The notes beneath the pieces were generated by a model. It searched no databases. It was not told the origin of the DNA and saw nothing but the letters and a program-made list of their open reading frames with translations. A stretch of DNA of 64,000 nt from Iphione sp. A-MEVVRFRX5 (lineage: Eukaryota), in NCBI GenBank assembly GCA_976226885.1, contig OZ320313.1, positions 34,658,001 through 34,722,000 of the forward strand. Direction: 5' to 3'. Positions 1-11,999 of the stretch are shown in pieces (within the stretch, counting starts at the first letter, position 1; every line of letters begins with the position of its first letter). Both the position numbers and the translations under genes were made by a program.

Positions 1-3000
1 ATTTGATGAGGTTAAATATAAAGACGATCTAAAAAGTTATTAAAGCAAATCCTTCAGTGAATGGCATTGGATTTGAAATTGCGATTTCCATTTATCAAGA
101 GTGATTTTGATAGTTTTTGGAAGAACAGTTATTAGAGCTCATACCCTGCTTAAAGATAGGTCTTATAAACTAATGCAATAAACTATTAGAAATCAGCTGT
201 TAACAAGTATGAAAGTGATTCAATACAGGAAAGGAATTAGTTGATGTTATTGGCCCGACGAATAAAACGAACAATTACAAGGCATCCTGATAGAAATAAA
301 TGGTAACATTATCGATACAAATACAGTGAAATATAATTGGTACAAAATAAGCAGCAGATTGATGTGAAATTCAAAACAGTCAGACATTTAAGAAACCTAA
401 CCCAAGGACACAATGGAAGTTTTCTCTGATTTGAGCTCTTTGCTGAATTCATGTCAAGGAAACAGGGAATGAGGCGGTAGAAGACGGCAGCTTGGTAGAG
501 ATTTAAGGAGCGAAGCAGGCAGGCTGGTTCTATCAAGAAGCCGTTCTATCGGTGATTGTAAGATGGAGTAGCTTTACCGACCCTAGAGCCATGTTTCCGA
601 CTTAGGAAGACGGTGTATGTAAGTGATCCGCAGACAGGCAAACATCTTGTGCCTCTTTGGCGGTGAGGCCTGGCACACCATGTCGTCAAACCACAAGTCC
701 GCTCTCCTTCGTAACGCTGCTAGAAACCAGTCCAAAATTGCCTTATTAGCCTATGACCGTAGGTGCAAGGATCATATGGAGATGGGCACCCACACACATA
801 ATCTCTCTAATTCCCTCCTACTCTTCCTTGAATTCTTTCTCACTACTAAAACATCCCACTCGTCCACCTACTCGCCCTCTCGTGAGAAATTCCCCTCTCT
901 GTCTGCCTTTGCCCCTCTTTCAAATCACACTCCCTCCTCTCAGTCTTATTCTCTCTGGCATACACACAAACACAAACTGCCTTTTAGGCGACTGCAGCCT
1001 CGCCACTTGTAACACATACACATACACACAGCCACAAAGCCTTCCACACAAAGACAGAAGAATGCCTTCGGGAGGACTCCGTTGACGCTAGTGGCTGTTT
1101 GCTGCACGCTCCACACACTTTCATCTTGCCAATGAACGAGCGACGAACACGTCCTAATGGTCGTTGCGACGGCTGCTCCAGCCGACATGGTAAGGCGCCG
1201 CGACGGAAGCGGCCGGCGCGGGCCGACAAGCCGTCGGTCAGACGTTCGGGTGGGAGGGGATGTAAGAGATTTGGCACGGCAACTACAAGGCAATTCAAAC
1301 GGCTACCAATCAAACCGACATTCCCTCCACGTCTTGCCAACTCTTTGGGTACGTGTTGTTCCCGGTGCAGGGCAAAGACATCCGTCTAGACGTGGAGAAG
1401 CGTGATATGTTTCCGTGTCTTAGTCTTGGGTGTGTGCCTTAGTGAGGCTTCGCTTTTCTACACGTATGTGTGCGCACATGTGTTTGTGTGCAGCGTTGGT
1501 TGGTAACGTGTTCTTTTCCTCTGCATGTGACGAGTGTGTTCTGCTGTTCTCAAGAATTTACTCCTTGCCGGTCATTTTGTTAAAAGCAAACTGTCATACC
1601 TAAGGCGGTGCATGTCAAGGGAAGCTTTCCTTTAAAGTGCTACCCACGTCGTCGCATATATATATCCTTTGAAACGGCCATAGGAAAGGCGGATGATTAT
1701 AGCCTGTGAACTGGGAACAGTCTTACACGTTATATGTCAGCAGGAGCTCCTGACTTCCTCTACCCACACTATCCTCCACACATAGAAGAGTATTAGATTT
1801 TTAGCATTCGGTTCTTGCTGTTATATCAAAAAGAAACTAGGAAGGGTTCAGTATAACACATTCTCGTTCCAATACCTTTTGCTGATACTCTATTCGCAAG
1901 CGTTGCTATGACAAGGTTTTCATCTGTGATTTCAGGTATACTTTGGTTTCTATGCATTAAATCACAAAAGGGGAAGCTGTACGTCTTCCCCTGCCTGCAA
2001 TCCCTTAAGTTGGAGATAAAATCTACGGATCATTAAGAAGGGACTCCCCCACTGTGGTTGTTTGCTCTACATTGCGGCTATCTGCAGACATCTTTATTTT
2101 CTTTCCGGCAGACCGTTTAGTTCCTACGCTGTCATCTGAGCCACCCCTACGTCTTTCAACCCGTTCTACTACAGCTTTCAACTTGTCCTGCTGTTTAAGA
2201 CCTCTTTCCCTGTCCTCAGCAGAGGGAACTCGCAATCCGCATGCAAATACAGCCATGTGTGTGGGGGTGTATTTAATTCACTGTATGCTACGAGTTAGAT
2301 GGTGTTCAGTCAGTTGATCTAATTAAAGATCTCTGAGTGACCGCTTCGTAGTAGGCAATATTGTTCAAGCAATTAAAAGATACACAAAAGCAGGTTCCCT
2401 GGAGGTAGGCGACGTTCTCTGTCTCTAATCTAAACCTGAGACAAGCCGCCAATCTGGCGGGAAATTGGAAGAACGAAATCTCCCCAACTTAAGAGGCTAG
2501 GTCAGATGAGCTAATAGGATTGCCATATCTCTCAGGCAACTTGGTCCGAAAGTACCTAGTGAAAGTACCTAGTGACATTTAAAGGAGATGAAGAATGCAC
2601 CCAACGCTCTCGATAGAACTGCGTCCTATGCCTGGCTGGTGGACGATCAATTATGTTATTTAACAATGGTTAAGTTCCTAAATAATGGTGCATCATCACT
2701 AATGAAACGGCGCTGTGGACCCATATGAAGAAGGTGTATTGATTATCAAAGATATTTAAAGCAATCAGTGAAGTAATATTAGGTTAACATAATTTCAATG
2801 CTTTTCGGAACAGGACAGAAACGTGTACTGAAGACGACATCAATCCATACATGTGCATGGAACATTTACGGTAAAATTAATGTGCAACTAGGTACATCTG
2901 GCCAGATATGTGAGTAATTATGGATATTTGGAGCATCAAACCCTTGTCAGCAATTTCAATAAAATGTCCATTTTCCCCATTTTGCCATAGACATGGACAT

Positions 3001-4844
3001 GGGCAGCATGCATATTCGTAGTCTATTATACTGTCCAAAACGTTTATTTCATCTTTACCTGTTTGATATATAATAGACATCCTTTGTCAAGAATGGAGAA
3101 TCATTTTTCCTGATTTGGAACCATTCATCCACAAACAACATATCGTGTCACCCACTTAATCAAAATGGTTTTGCTTTCGCACTGAATATGTCTGATGAAA
3201 CAATAGTGCAAACCGTGTTAATATGTGTCTAAACTAAGGCCATTTTCCTGCAAAATCCATACAGCAGTGCAATACCTAAAGTGAACCCTCATCATGAAAA
3301 CAACATAAACATGTATATGAGGACAGGATTCGTCAGCTGGCTAGTCACAACTCGGTAGCATAACTGCAGTAGCAGAACATTGCCTCGTCTGCAACTATGA
3401 TAGACACCTTTGTAGCCCATGCAATATATCGCGTTCCACCTGACAATATCTGTTGTGCATTCAGGTATATATGATTTGTTAAGCGTACACATGCTCAGGT
3501 GTTTGTAGATGTAGCAGTTTGCCCGTCTGCCGCTGCTTCTAATATCATCTGTAATTACTTGGGCCTTCACTGGGTGGCCCCTTGTGTGTGGTTCTCAGGC
3601 ACCTTAGTCCCACACGTCGGTTCTCATTATTCCTCATATGACAGCCAGGTTCTTCACTTGTAGAAGAACCCCTTGCCATTGATAGATGACCACTCAGATT
3701 TCCCCCGCCAGTTGGGTGAAAGAACCGGACGGCTCGTCTAGACGTGTCCAAAGGAGGTATTCGTCAAAGTCTGTTTCTCTCGAGTGCATTAGATTCATTA
3801 TACGATGTCAGCGTTCCTAGATATTGATTGTGTTGCCCTCTTGGGTTTCGCTTGAGTTGTGAAGCATTCTACGTTTGCACGCCAAACTTTTCATACTTAA
3901 TAATACTTGCATATTGCATTTTCCATACTCAGAAGTGCTGGGTCATAATGGCCGTATAATAATATTTCTCTTCTTATGATACTAAAAAACTTCTCTGCAT
4001 TAGTTTCCTCGTATGAATGTGTACGGCCCTTATGGAAAATAGTAAAAAAGCTGTGTTACAGAAAAATGTATCAAGAAACAATGATGATGAATGCCAGATT
4101 TTCCATATGTCTGTTTTTTTCCTGCGTTATCGGACGGTAGGCATAATGGTCTATATATTACCTAGATGAGTATTGTTTGAAATGTATTTTTTTGTTTTTT
4201 CTGAGACCGTTCTCCACATTGTCTTTAGGCACATGAAATAATAGGATGTAAAAATTATTTTCATTACAGAGCACTTGCACAAGTCCCTTGGCGGATCTAA
4301 CGTTTATGTCACATTCTTGTCTTTACAGTATTTCTTTTTTCACTGCGCTCGTTTGAACCTTTGCATCCTCTCTGCTCCATGCTATCGATATTACAGCTGA
4401 AACTATTCTCCCTATTCCCATACCGAATACGTCATCAAGTAGAGATCGAGTGCGCATGTACGGAGTTGAGCAAAGGCAACTCTTAGTAAAAAGTACGTAT
4501 TTATGTTGACGTATGAACGAGACAAGACTACAGAGTAGTCAATAACATTATTAATATATGTGATCAATTGCCAGAATATGCATAGATACGTGTGTGAAAT
4601 GATCTGAAAATGCCGATCTCCTTGTCGAGGATGAAGAAGAATCTGATATTGATTAAATACATGTACATGTATCTATACCTGTTGAGGCAAATTTGGACTT
4701 CATAAAGAATATCAAACACAAATACAAAATTAATGGATGACTAATTAAGTAACCAAAAGATGATTTCTGTCTAAAAGTATATGTGTAAATTTAGGAAACA
4801 TTATTTTTATAATGTAACCATAAGCAGATTAAAATGTCTACATA

Positions 4845-5002
4845 CTGTGGAAACTCTATTTGAGACCACTCCAATTTGCCACCAAATTCATTTTATCCGA
4901 AAACAGAAGTATTGATTTCTATAATAAATAATGATCGATTTGTGACCAATGAGAGCACTTGAGCTTGGTCCCAAGTGGTCGTTTCAAATAGGGTTTCGAC
5001 TG
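4845..5002. mobile_element. short TA-flanked Tc1/mariner/pogo-type MITE
   Basis: Left CTGTGGAAACTCTATTTGAGACCACT versus reverse-complemented right CAGTCGAAACCCTATTTGAAACGACCACT; TA at 4843-4844 and 5003-5004. Confidence 0.72.
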
Positions 5003-5918
5003 TACAATTATATATAAATACCTTTGGGTCCAAGTAGTAAAACAACCCGATACACAAAGGTGTCAATATTGATTACAGTAAATCATTCTTTACACCGTGA
5101 AAATGTAACGTGTTGTTTATACCGGCACGAAGTGGTAGGATTATATTTTCTACCTTCATCCTACACAGTTGACCAAAAGTCACTGTACGTGGAATTAAGT
5201 CCTCTAAACTCTAGCTAGAGACCACGTGAAACATATCCTTTTTACCCTTCCCAGAGTGCCTTTTTTCAGATAATATTATTATCGGTTCTCTATATAAATG
5301 ATAGGTTTTAGTTGACCGTCAGATAAGTCAGTTAGCGGCGCCTTGCTGGATATGCTAGAGAGGCACATGCTCTCATCGAAAGCCGATTGTTTGAATAGGG
5401 CCCTGAGGACCATTTATTTTGCTTTTACTGATCATGGCCTTATGTCGAAGAGTCACGTCTTATACATGTATATGCAACTTTCCCCCATAGAGGTGGGTTG
5501 AAAAGCCGTTCACCAATGACGGCATTTATATGGATATAAGATCATTGCAAACGGTTGTCCACTGAGCGAGATTACTTGTCCTCGTGCAAGTAACCCTAGG
5601 ATCCATAAAGGGTTCTCTAGTCTAGTCCTTCAAAAGTGTTGAAACACTAACCCATCAGATGACCATCCATTCATGATCAAGCCTATAACGGACGTCTTGA
5701 GTTTATGACCACAAAAGTGACAGACTTCATTTGACGTATCACCTCATGAAATCAGGTCTGGTTTGCTTTTGCCTATTACCTTCTCAAGGTGGTGAATCAA
5801 ATCATGCAGAAATGTCTCATATACAAACAATAATTAAAAACCCTCGTAGTCTGAGCGTTTCCTTATGTTTCTCTGTTAGCTAATCTAATGCTCCTTCCAT
5901 GGAATGAAAGGATGGTGC

Positions 5919-6300
5919 ACTTGACTTGACTTGACTTGTTTTGGCGTATTGGAGACGCCGGGGCTTCGCCGATGAGGCAGCCCAATAGCGTGTGACAGCA
6001 TGTGCAGTGTACCGAAGTGCACGTGCACTCACCCCCTCTCGCCAGGGTTACAGTGGGTTGGGATACCCACCGGTGTGCTGCACACCTTCTTCGCCGACCA
6101 GGTCGGCATGGGGACCGAAGTCCCAGGGAGACTCACTCGCAGCCGGACGTTAGCAGGAGGATGGCTGGCTTGATCTAAACTTTCCTCGCCCACCACAAAC
6201 GGGACGTCCTCAGGGCCCCCCCCGGAACTATATTTTACGTCGGGCCGGGGGAAAACGACGGCGGGCCAACTCGGAAGTGGCTCAGGCGTCCGTGACGATG
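5919..6300 (-). mobile_element. RTE-type non-autonomous retroposon (SINE-like) with (CAAGT)n tail
   Basis: Minus strand ends ...GGCGT-CTCCAAT-ACGCC (hairpin) AAAAA CAAGTCAAGTCAAGTCAAGT. The body is GC- and CpG-rich with sharp edges. A stem-loop followed by a short-tandem-repeat tail is the usual 3' architecture of RTE-clade LINEs and their SINEs. The 5' boundary is approximate. Confidence 0.55.
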
Positions 6301-7364
6301 ATTGGCAGGTGTCAGTGAGTATAGAGTGGGTGGGTGCTCAGTCAAGCGTGACGTCAGAACGGGGTCCAAGTCCCGGTCGGCAGCCGGTTCCAGCCCCTCT
6401 CACCCCAGTCCGACCTGGCGACAGCGGCTCGGTGACCGCCGGTGCTACTATGACGTCACGATGTAAACCAGGCGTGGCGAGTTGCCCGTACGTCTCCCGC
6501 GCCACTCACCCCCTGGCAACAGGGTTACAGTGGTTTGCTAAGACCACCGGTGGTCCGGTCTACACAGTAACAACGTACATGTTCACAGAAATAAAGGTTC
6601 CCACACCAATATAACTGAGAACTAGCACCACAAAGGGTTACAGGCTGGTCAAACCAACGGCCCTGCTTTGTACGTGTTACACTATAACTGAGTCCTGCCC
6701 ACTCTCTCTGCTGAACACCTACCTCTCAAAGCACGTCCGCACAGCTCCACTCCCGAGAGGGTCCTGATGGTGCACATAGTGGAATGTCTAGTTGGACAGG
6801 CGAAGTGTTTGACACATTACTTCATATCGCCAATGTTTGTAACCCTACACAGACCTCGCACTAAGTAATTGGCATTTCAGCATATGACGAACTATTGCAG
6901 AGGAAACCTGATCTCCCTGGACACTCATCTATCCTTTTCATTCGAGTATATTACCCAGTCCGACTCGTAATGTCCTTTGCTAGCGACAGATCCCTGTGTA
7001 TTACGGGATACACAGTTGCTTTGTTCCAACACAAGTGAAACTCCAACACCATGTTTTATATACTATATCTACATACACAAATACATACATAAATACATAC
7101 ATAGAGGGATTCCTGCTGCGCAAGTAAATTTATACTTCTATACTTATAAATTTATGATTGTACATTTAAATATATGTATATAAATACAATTTCATACTGC
7201 GCATCGAAATGTTCCGTTCAAATGCATAAATACCAAATAGAAGCAGTGGATTTGAAAATTAGACATTCGCTGGCAAACGCACAGTATATATCGAGACGAC
7301 AAAAGGATATTCAGGTTTTCCACTGACGAACTACAAACAGATATATTTAATTAAGTATCCGCAG

Positions 7365-7583
7365 TTCGTTTTATGAGGCCATTTGGCATGATATAAGTTT
7401 TCATGGAAACGGTATTAGTATCTTCGGCAGAGGAGGAAATTGAGCAGGAAGCCGTATGGCCCTGGGTGTTGTGTTAGCCCTCTTTGGCTTCTTTGTAGCC
7501 ATTACTACTGGCTACCTATTACTTCTTGAAACAGACACTGATAGGAAAGCAGCCCACCAACTTTAAATCGTTTATCCATCCAG
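7365..7583 (+). other. exon-like unit containing a 36-aa hydrophobic ORF (7456-7566)
   Basis: Acceptor GCAG| at 7364 and perfect donor CAG|GTAAGT at 7584; ORF MALGVVLALFGFFVAITTGYLLLLETDTDRKAAHQL. Confidence 0.35.
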
Positions 7584-8244
7584 GTAAGTCAGTTAAATAT
7601 CGTTTTGAAAAAATAGATTTTTTCTTGTAAGGGAAAGGTACCTATAGCACGAAGGCGACATCTTCTCGATAGAGAAGTGTCGATGACTTTGATAACTTAA
7701 GTGTGGGTTCAAAAGATCTAAATTGAAATATAATTTATTACATTACCTGTTCTTGACTTTATCTATCCACGCGGTGAATGGCATCTCACATTATATAACT
7801 GCCAGAGTCCTTCAACCGTCGTGATCGAAAATGGTCATTTTGTGGGGTGAAGAAGTTCTTAGGTTTTGGTGCTTGTGTAGGGGTCATTTACGCCATGGGA
7901 AACATATTTTATACATACTGTCCTTGGACAGGACACCTGCACAGTGAGCGCGTAATGCTTTATTCACGACACCCAAAAGGTGACGATTAAAGTGGCTCGG
8001 CAGTGGACAGGTTTCTACACGAGCGTACGCTGACAACGCCATATCCTCCTCCTTCCTCTGTCTCTCAAGTTGTTAACTCCACACCGACGTTAAACGCATG
8101 TGCCTCACCAGAATATCCGGGTAGAAAGCCAACTATTCACGTTCAGGATACAAATATAAGTAAGGATAAATGCAGGGTACTATGGACTCGGATACCTAGT
8201 GGTAACGGGTTATTGAAATTTAAATATGCTCAAATATAACGCAG

Positions 8245-8247
<3 letters not shown>

Positions 8248-8307
<60 letters not shown>
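8248..8307. repeat. (GA)n microsatellite
   Basis: About 60 nt of pure GA repeat. Confidence 0.98.
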
Positions 8308-8310
<3 letters not shown>

Positions 8311-11300
8311 GAAAGACAGAGACAAAGAGGTTATGGATGTGTTCTTATAATGAGAAAGAGACATCGGTAAGAGGACAGAAAAAAGGGATACAACCTGACG
8401 GATTAGCCCTGTACGTTATTAACACAAAGCAAGTGGTGGATATCCCATGGCACTCAGTCCCCCCCACCCCCAAAGAACAGCTGCAGGCGACCTCGTACTG
8501 AGAGACTAATCTACGCCAGCTGATTCAAGTAATCAGTCTAGCCAATCACTGCAGGCATTGCTTCTTTATCTACCGCCAGAACGTAGTCACCCTAAGAGAT
8601 CTGTCTGCCGGACAGAATAAATGTCCACTGGCGGCCAGTGAAAGATGAATCCCAACCACCATCAATCAATCCCACGCGATGTGGTGATCCAGTTAATATT
8701 TCACGACTATCCTTACCATTGAATCGTTCTAATCTGATATTCAGACTGTCTGCACTCTGGAAGTAAAGTCTGTGCATAACGCAGACATATCTTATCAATG
8801 GAGCTGAGTAGACTCAGTGTGAAAGATCGATGATAAACGACTTTGGATAGGCTATGGGTGGCCAAACAGGAGACTCATTAGAAATATAAGAAAGGGAAGT
8901 CTTTTTAGAGCTCCCATTTCTTTCGCGATAAAAGTGTATTTTCTACAGACAAGCTGTGTCTCTGTAGCAATTGGCACTTTTGGTTCATTTATACACAAAT
9001 ATCATCTTTGACTGGTAACTGTTCTATTCGATGAGGATACCATGTGTCCATATAATACTGTTCCATGACATGCTCAAGGTCAACCACTTGATTACCCTAT
9101 AAAAAGACCATTATCGTGTGTCTCTGAGAACTTCATCTTAGAGGTGTAGTGGATCTATAAGCATCCTCCAAGATGACTCGAATTTGAATGCCAGCGAGAA
9201 CTTTGATCATCCATCTTAAGATCGTCTTGAAAATACTGTCATTAAAGGCACCGAGAGGTAAAGAAGATCATGTGGGGTTACGAATGCCTTAACACAAAGC
9301 CGCTGCAGCTAGGTTTTATAATATAAAGCTTAAGGCCGAGAGAAAAGGATCTAAAATGTATGGGCTGCCCCAGGTTGATGGTGTCTTCGATAGCAACTTC
9401 ATCAAAGCCTGGGCAGTGCGAACATTTGCACTAAGGCTCTTGCAGGAGTCTGGCCCGGAGGCACCTTCTAGGGGTGCGAGTAGTTTAGTTTAAATATCTT
9501 CTGCCCAATCAATTTGCGCGGAGATGGGATTTCTTCGCATCCATTGCATTCTTGCCGCGAATTCGCAGAGGAAATCAGTTGTAAATGGAAATCAATTAAA
9601 CGTGGTAAGCCTAGCTTGCGCAATGAATCAAGCTAAGCGACAAAAAACAAAGAGAGAATCAATAGGGTGCAATTGTAGGACGATGCAAGCTGTATCAAAC
9701 CTTTTCTTTAATATGGGGGGTCTGGGCCGAAGGAAGCTTAATGAACTGTTCACAAAACAAACTGCACTCTGCCTTGCCCGTCAATTGTCAGAGAAAGAAG
9801 AATGAACACCGACAAAAGTTGTAAATGGAAGCCTTCCTACCAAATGAAGACTAACGAGACCGTAGTTTTAGGTAAACACTGTTTTTGTCTTTCAGACTTG
9901 CGATTTCCCTTCCGCCCATATACACTCTATATAGACATGCGGATGTACACATGATTACTGAAAGACCGCCTATCATTTAATGTAAAATATTCTTACCTTG
10001 ACGTAGCGACTTAGCTAAAAGGACTTGTGAAATTAACCTTGCAGCACAGGGTGTTTTTGTTGGATCATATAGGCGTAATCTCCATATGGTTTCAATTTAC
10101 TTATTCTAGGTTTTAGGATATGTTGGCAAGTGTTTCAGTAATTAATTCTAAATGACGCCGTCGTAGTGTTCATCAAATGAAAGGTTCTTAACATATTCTA
10201 GTGCAAGGTACTGAGTATCGTCGATAACAATATCTTTGCTTAAATCAGGTCTACAATATGTAATAAGGGAAAGGAGCTTTTGAGAGGAGCATCCAGTGAA
10301 TGTTTCCACATTCGTCGAAAACTTAATTCGCCCTAAATGTGCTGAAATATCACAATGATTAAGATTCCCAGTAAGATTAATGCGAAACTTACGAAATGCT
10401 TTGTATGTTAAATTCATATGCAGAAGATAATGTCTTCTCGGGCATCGATCTCAACTTGTAATCTTCACGTGGACGGTGTACAGTAGCTTTAAGTAATGAG
10501 CATTTGGTGCTATCGCTTCTATAGACATATTTGTCATTTCGTCGTAGTAGTATCAAGAAAGAATCAATAGCTGAATTGCAGGAGACAGTAAACAGGAATT
10601 CGCCAAGTGTTGATATGAATGGGGCCGACATAAGGAGAATTGATACATTCTAGCCGTATGTGAAATGAAGTGGCATTCGTCTACGGGAGCGGCTAGATGG
10701 AGTGCCTTCTATCTGTAAACCAATATGGCCTCGGAGCAGCAGTCGCCACCTTCAAATGGGTGGGAGAAATGGGGAGAAATTAGGAGGAGGTGCGCAGGAT
10801 GTGCAATTGACGGCTCTGTGGGCTCAAGGGCGTATGCCCGAGAGCATTTGTTGTCAACATTAGACTTGCCGGCCGAAGTATTGGGCAGCGCCTTACGCAA
10901 AGGAAGACGGGCAAGCTGTAAGACGGCAGACTGGCAGGATGAAAGGAAGGAGAAGGATTGTGACTTTTTCTGCTGAAGCGGCCTGCTCGAACGACGTCTA
11001 TGTTCCTGTGGGGTGTCAGAAATGGGGTAGGTCTGTTGATGTTTGGCAGTGTGTGTGTCTGTGTGTGCGTGTTGGGGATGGTGGCAAGAAATGGAGGTTC
11101 CTATACCCGGACCAAGAGGTGGCGGTCAGGACCTCTTTGTCGAAACGGTTTTCAGAGAAGTGTGGTACAGGGTGCTTCGCACAGAAAGGCTACCGGGCTT
11201 CATTTATCCAAGCAAGGCTTCTCTTCCCTAGGATCCATTCACTTGTCCTCTTGCCTTATCTGCCATATAGCCGCCTGAAAAGGGGAAGGTTCGGGAGGAC

Positions 11301-11999
11301 TGGGACTGGGTCTGAGGGGGGCTGGCTAGCAACGACAGGGCAACTGTAGCTCTGTAAACCTTTCCTTCTCTCTCTACCCTTCCCAGCTTGACCTTTTTTC
11401 CGGCCAACTCTCCATCTTGCTAGTGGGATCTTGTTTTCGGTCAGAGATACCGGATCCCCTCCCTCCTTCCTTTCCTTCCCTCCTTCCTCCGTGCTTCCGC
11501 CCACCCTTGTTCCACCGTTCCTTCTTGCAACCGGCTGATGGTTTTCGAAGTGAGATACGGGATTTCGCTGGAAGTTGCGGGGACCAGCTGGTACATGCCG
11601 CAGGCACCGGCTCAGACGGAAACAGGACCTTGGCTGGGGCAGTAAGGGTCTTGTTGGTTTGTAGTTGAATGGACTAAGGCTGGATGGATTACTGCATAAA
11701 TACATGCACCGCCACAGGCGCTGTTATCCGGGCGACACCCCAGACAAGTCAGCCTCGTCTCCTCAGCACCCGCCCCTCCTTTCAGAATGCCTCAGCCTCT
11801 CTACTATGCGGTGCATGTCTGGGGGTTGAGGCAGTTCCAAAGAATTCGTCTCTGAGACTCTCTTTGTACCAAGTCCAGTTACTTATCGATTCATAAGCCC
11901 TTTCATTGAATCACGCCGCCTACAATTGGACCCTGTTGTCTCCGAGTCGGACAAATACAGGCGACATGGCCGCATTGGTTTCTACTAGCTCTACTAATG

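Noticed and set aside
1080-1400. QTFGWEGM / DIRLDV as a decayed Gypsy integrase zinc-finger region
   Set aside because: The conserved Cys pair and the catalytic core are missing; too weak to support.
6181-6213. Hammerhead-like core on the minus strand (CTGAGGA...GAAA)
   Set aside because: Stem II is offset by two bases from GAAA, and stems I and III do not close around a UH cleavage site.
6310-6814. Possible solo LTR bounded by TGTCA...TGACA
   Set aside because: The flanks (GCAGG / CATTA) are not a target-site duplication, and there is no PBS, PPT or second copy.
8226-8501. ORFs with (ER)n or (LS)n runs (also 46424-46621 and 22773-23060)
   Set aside because: They are produced by GA/TC microsatellites.
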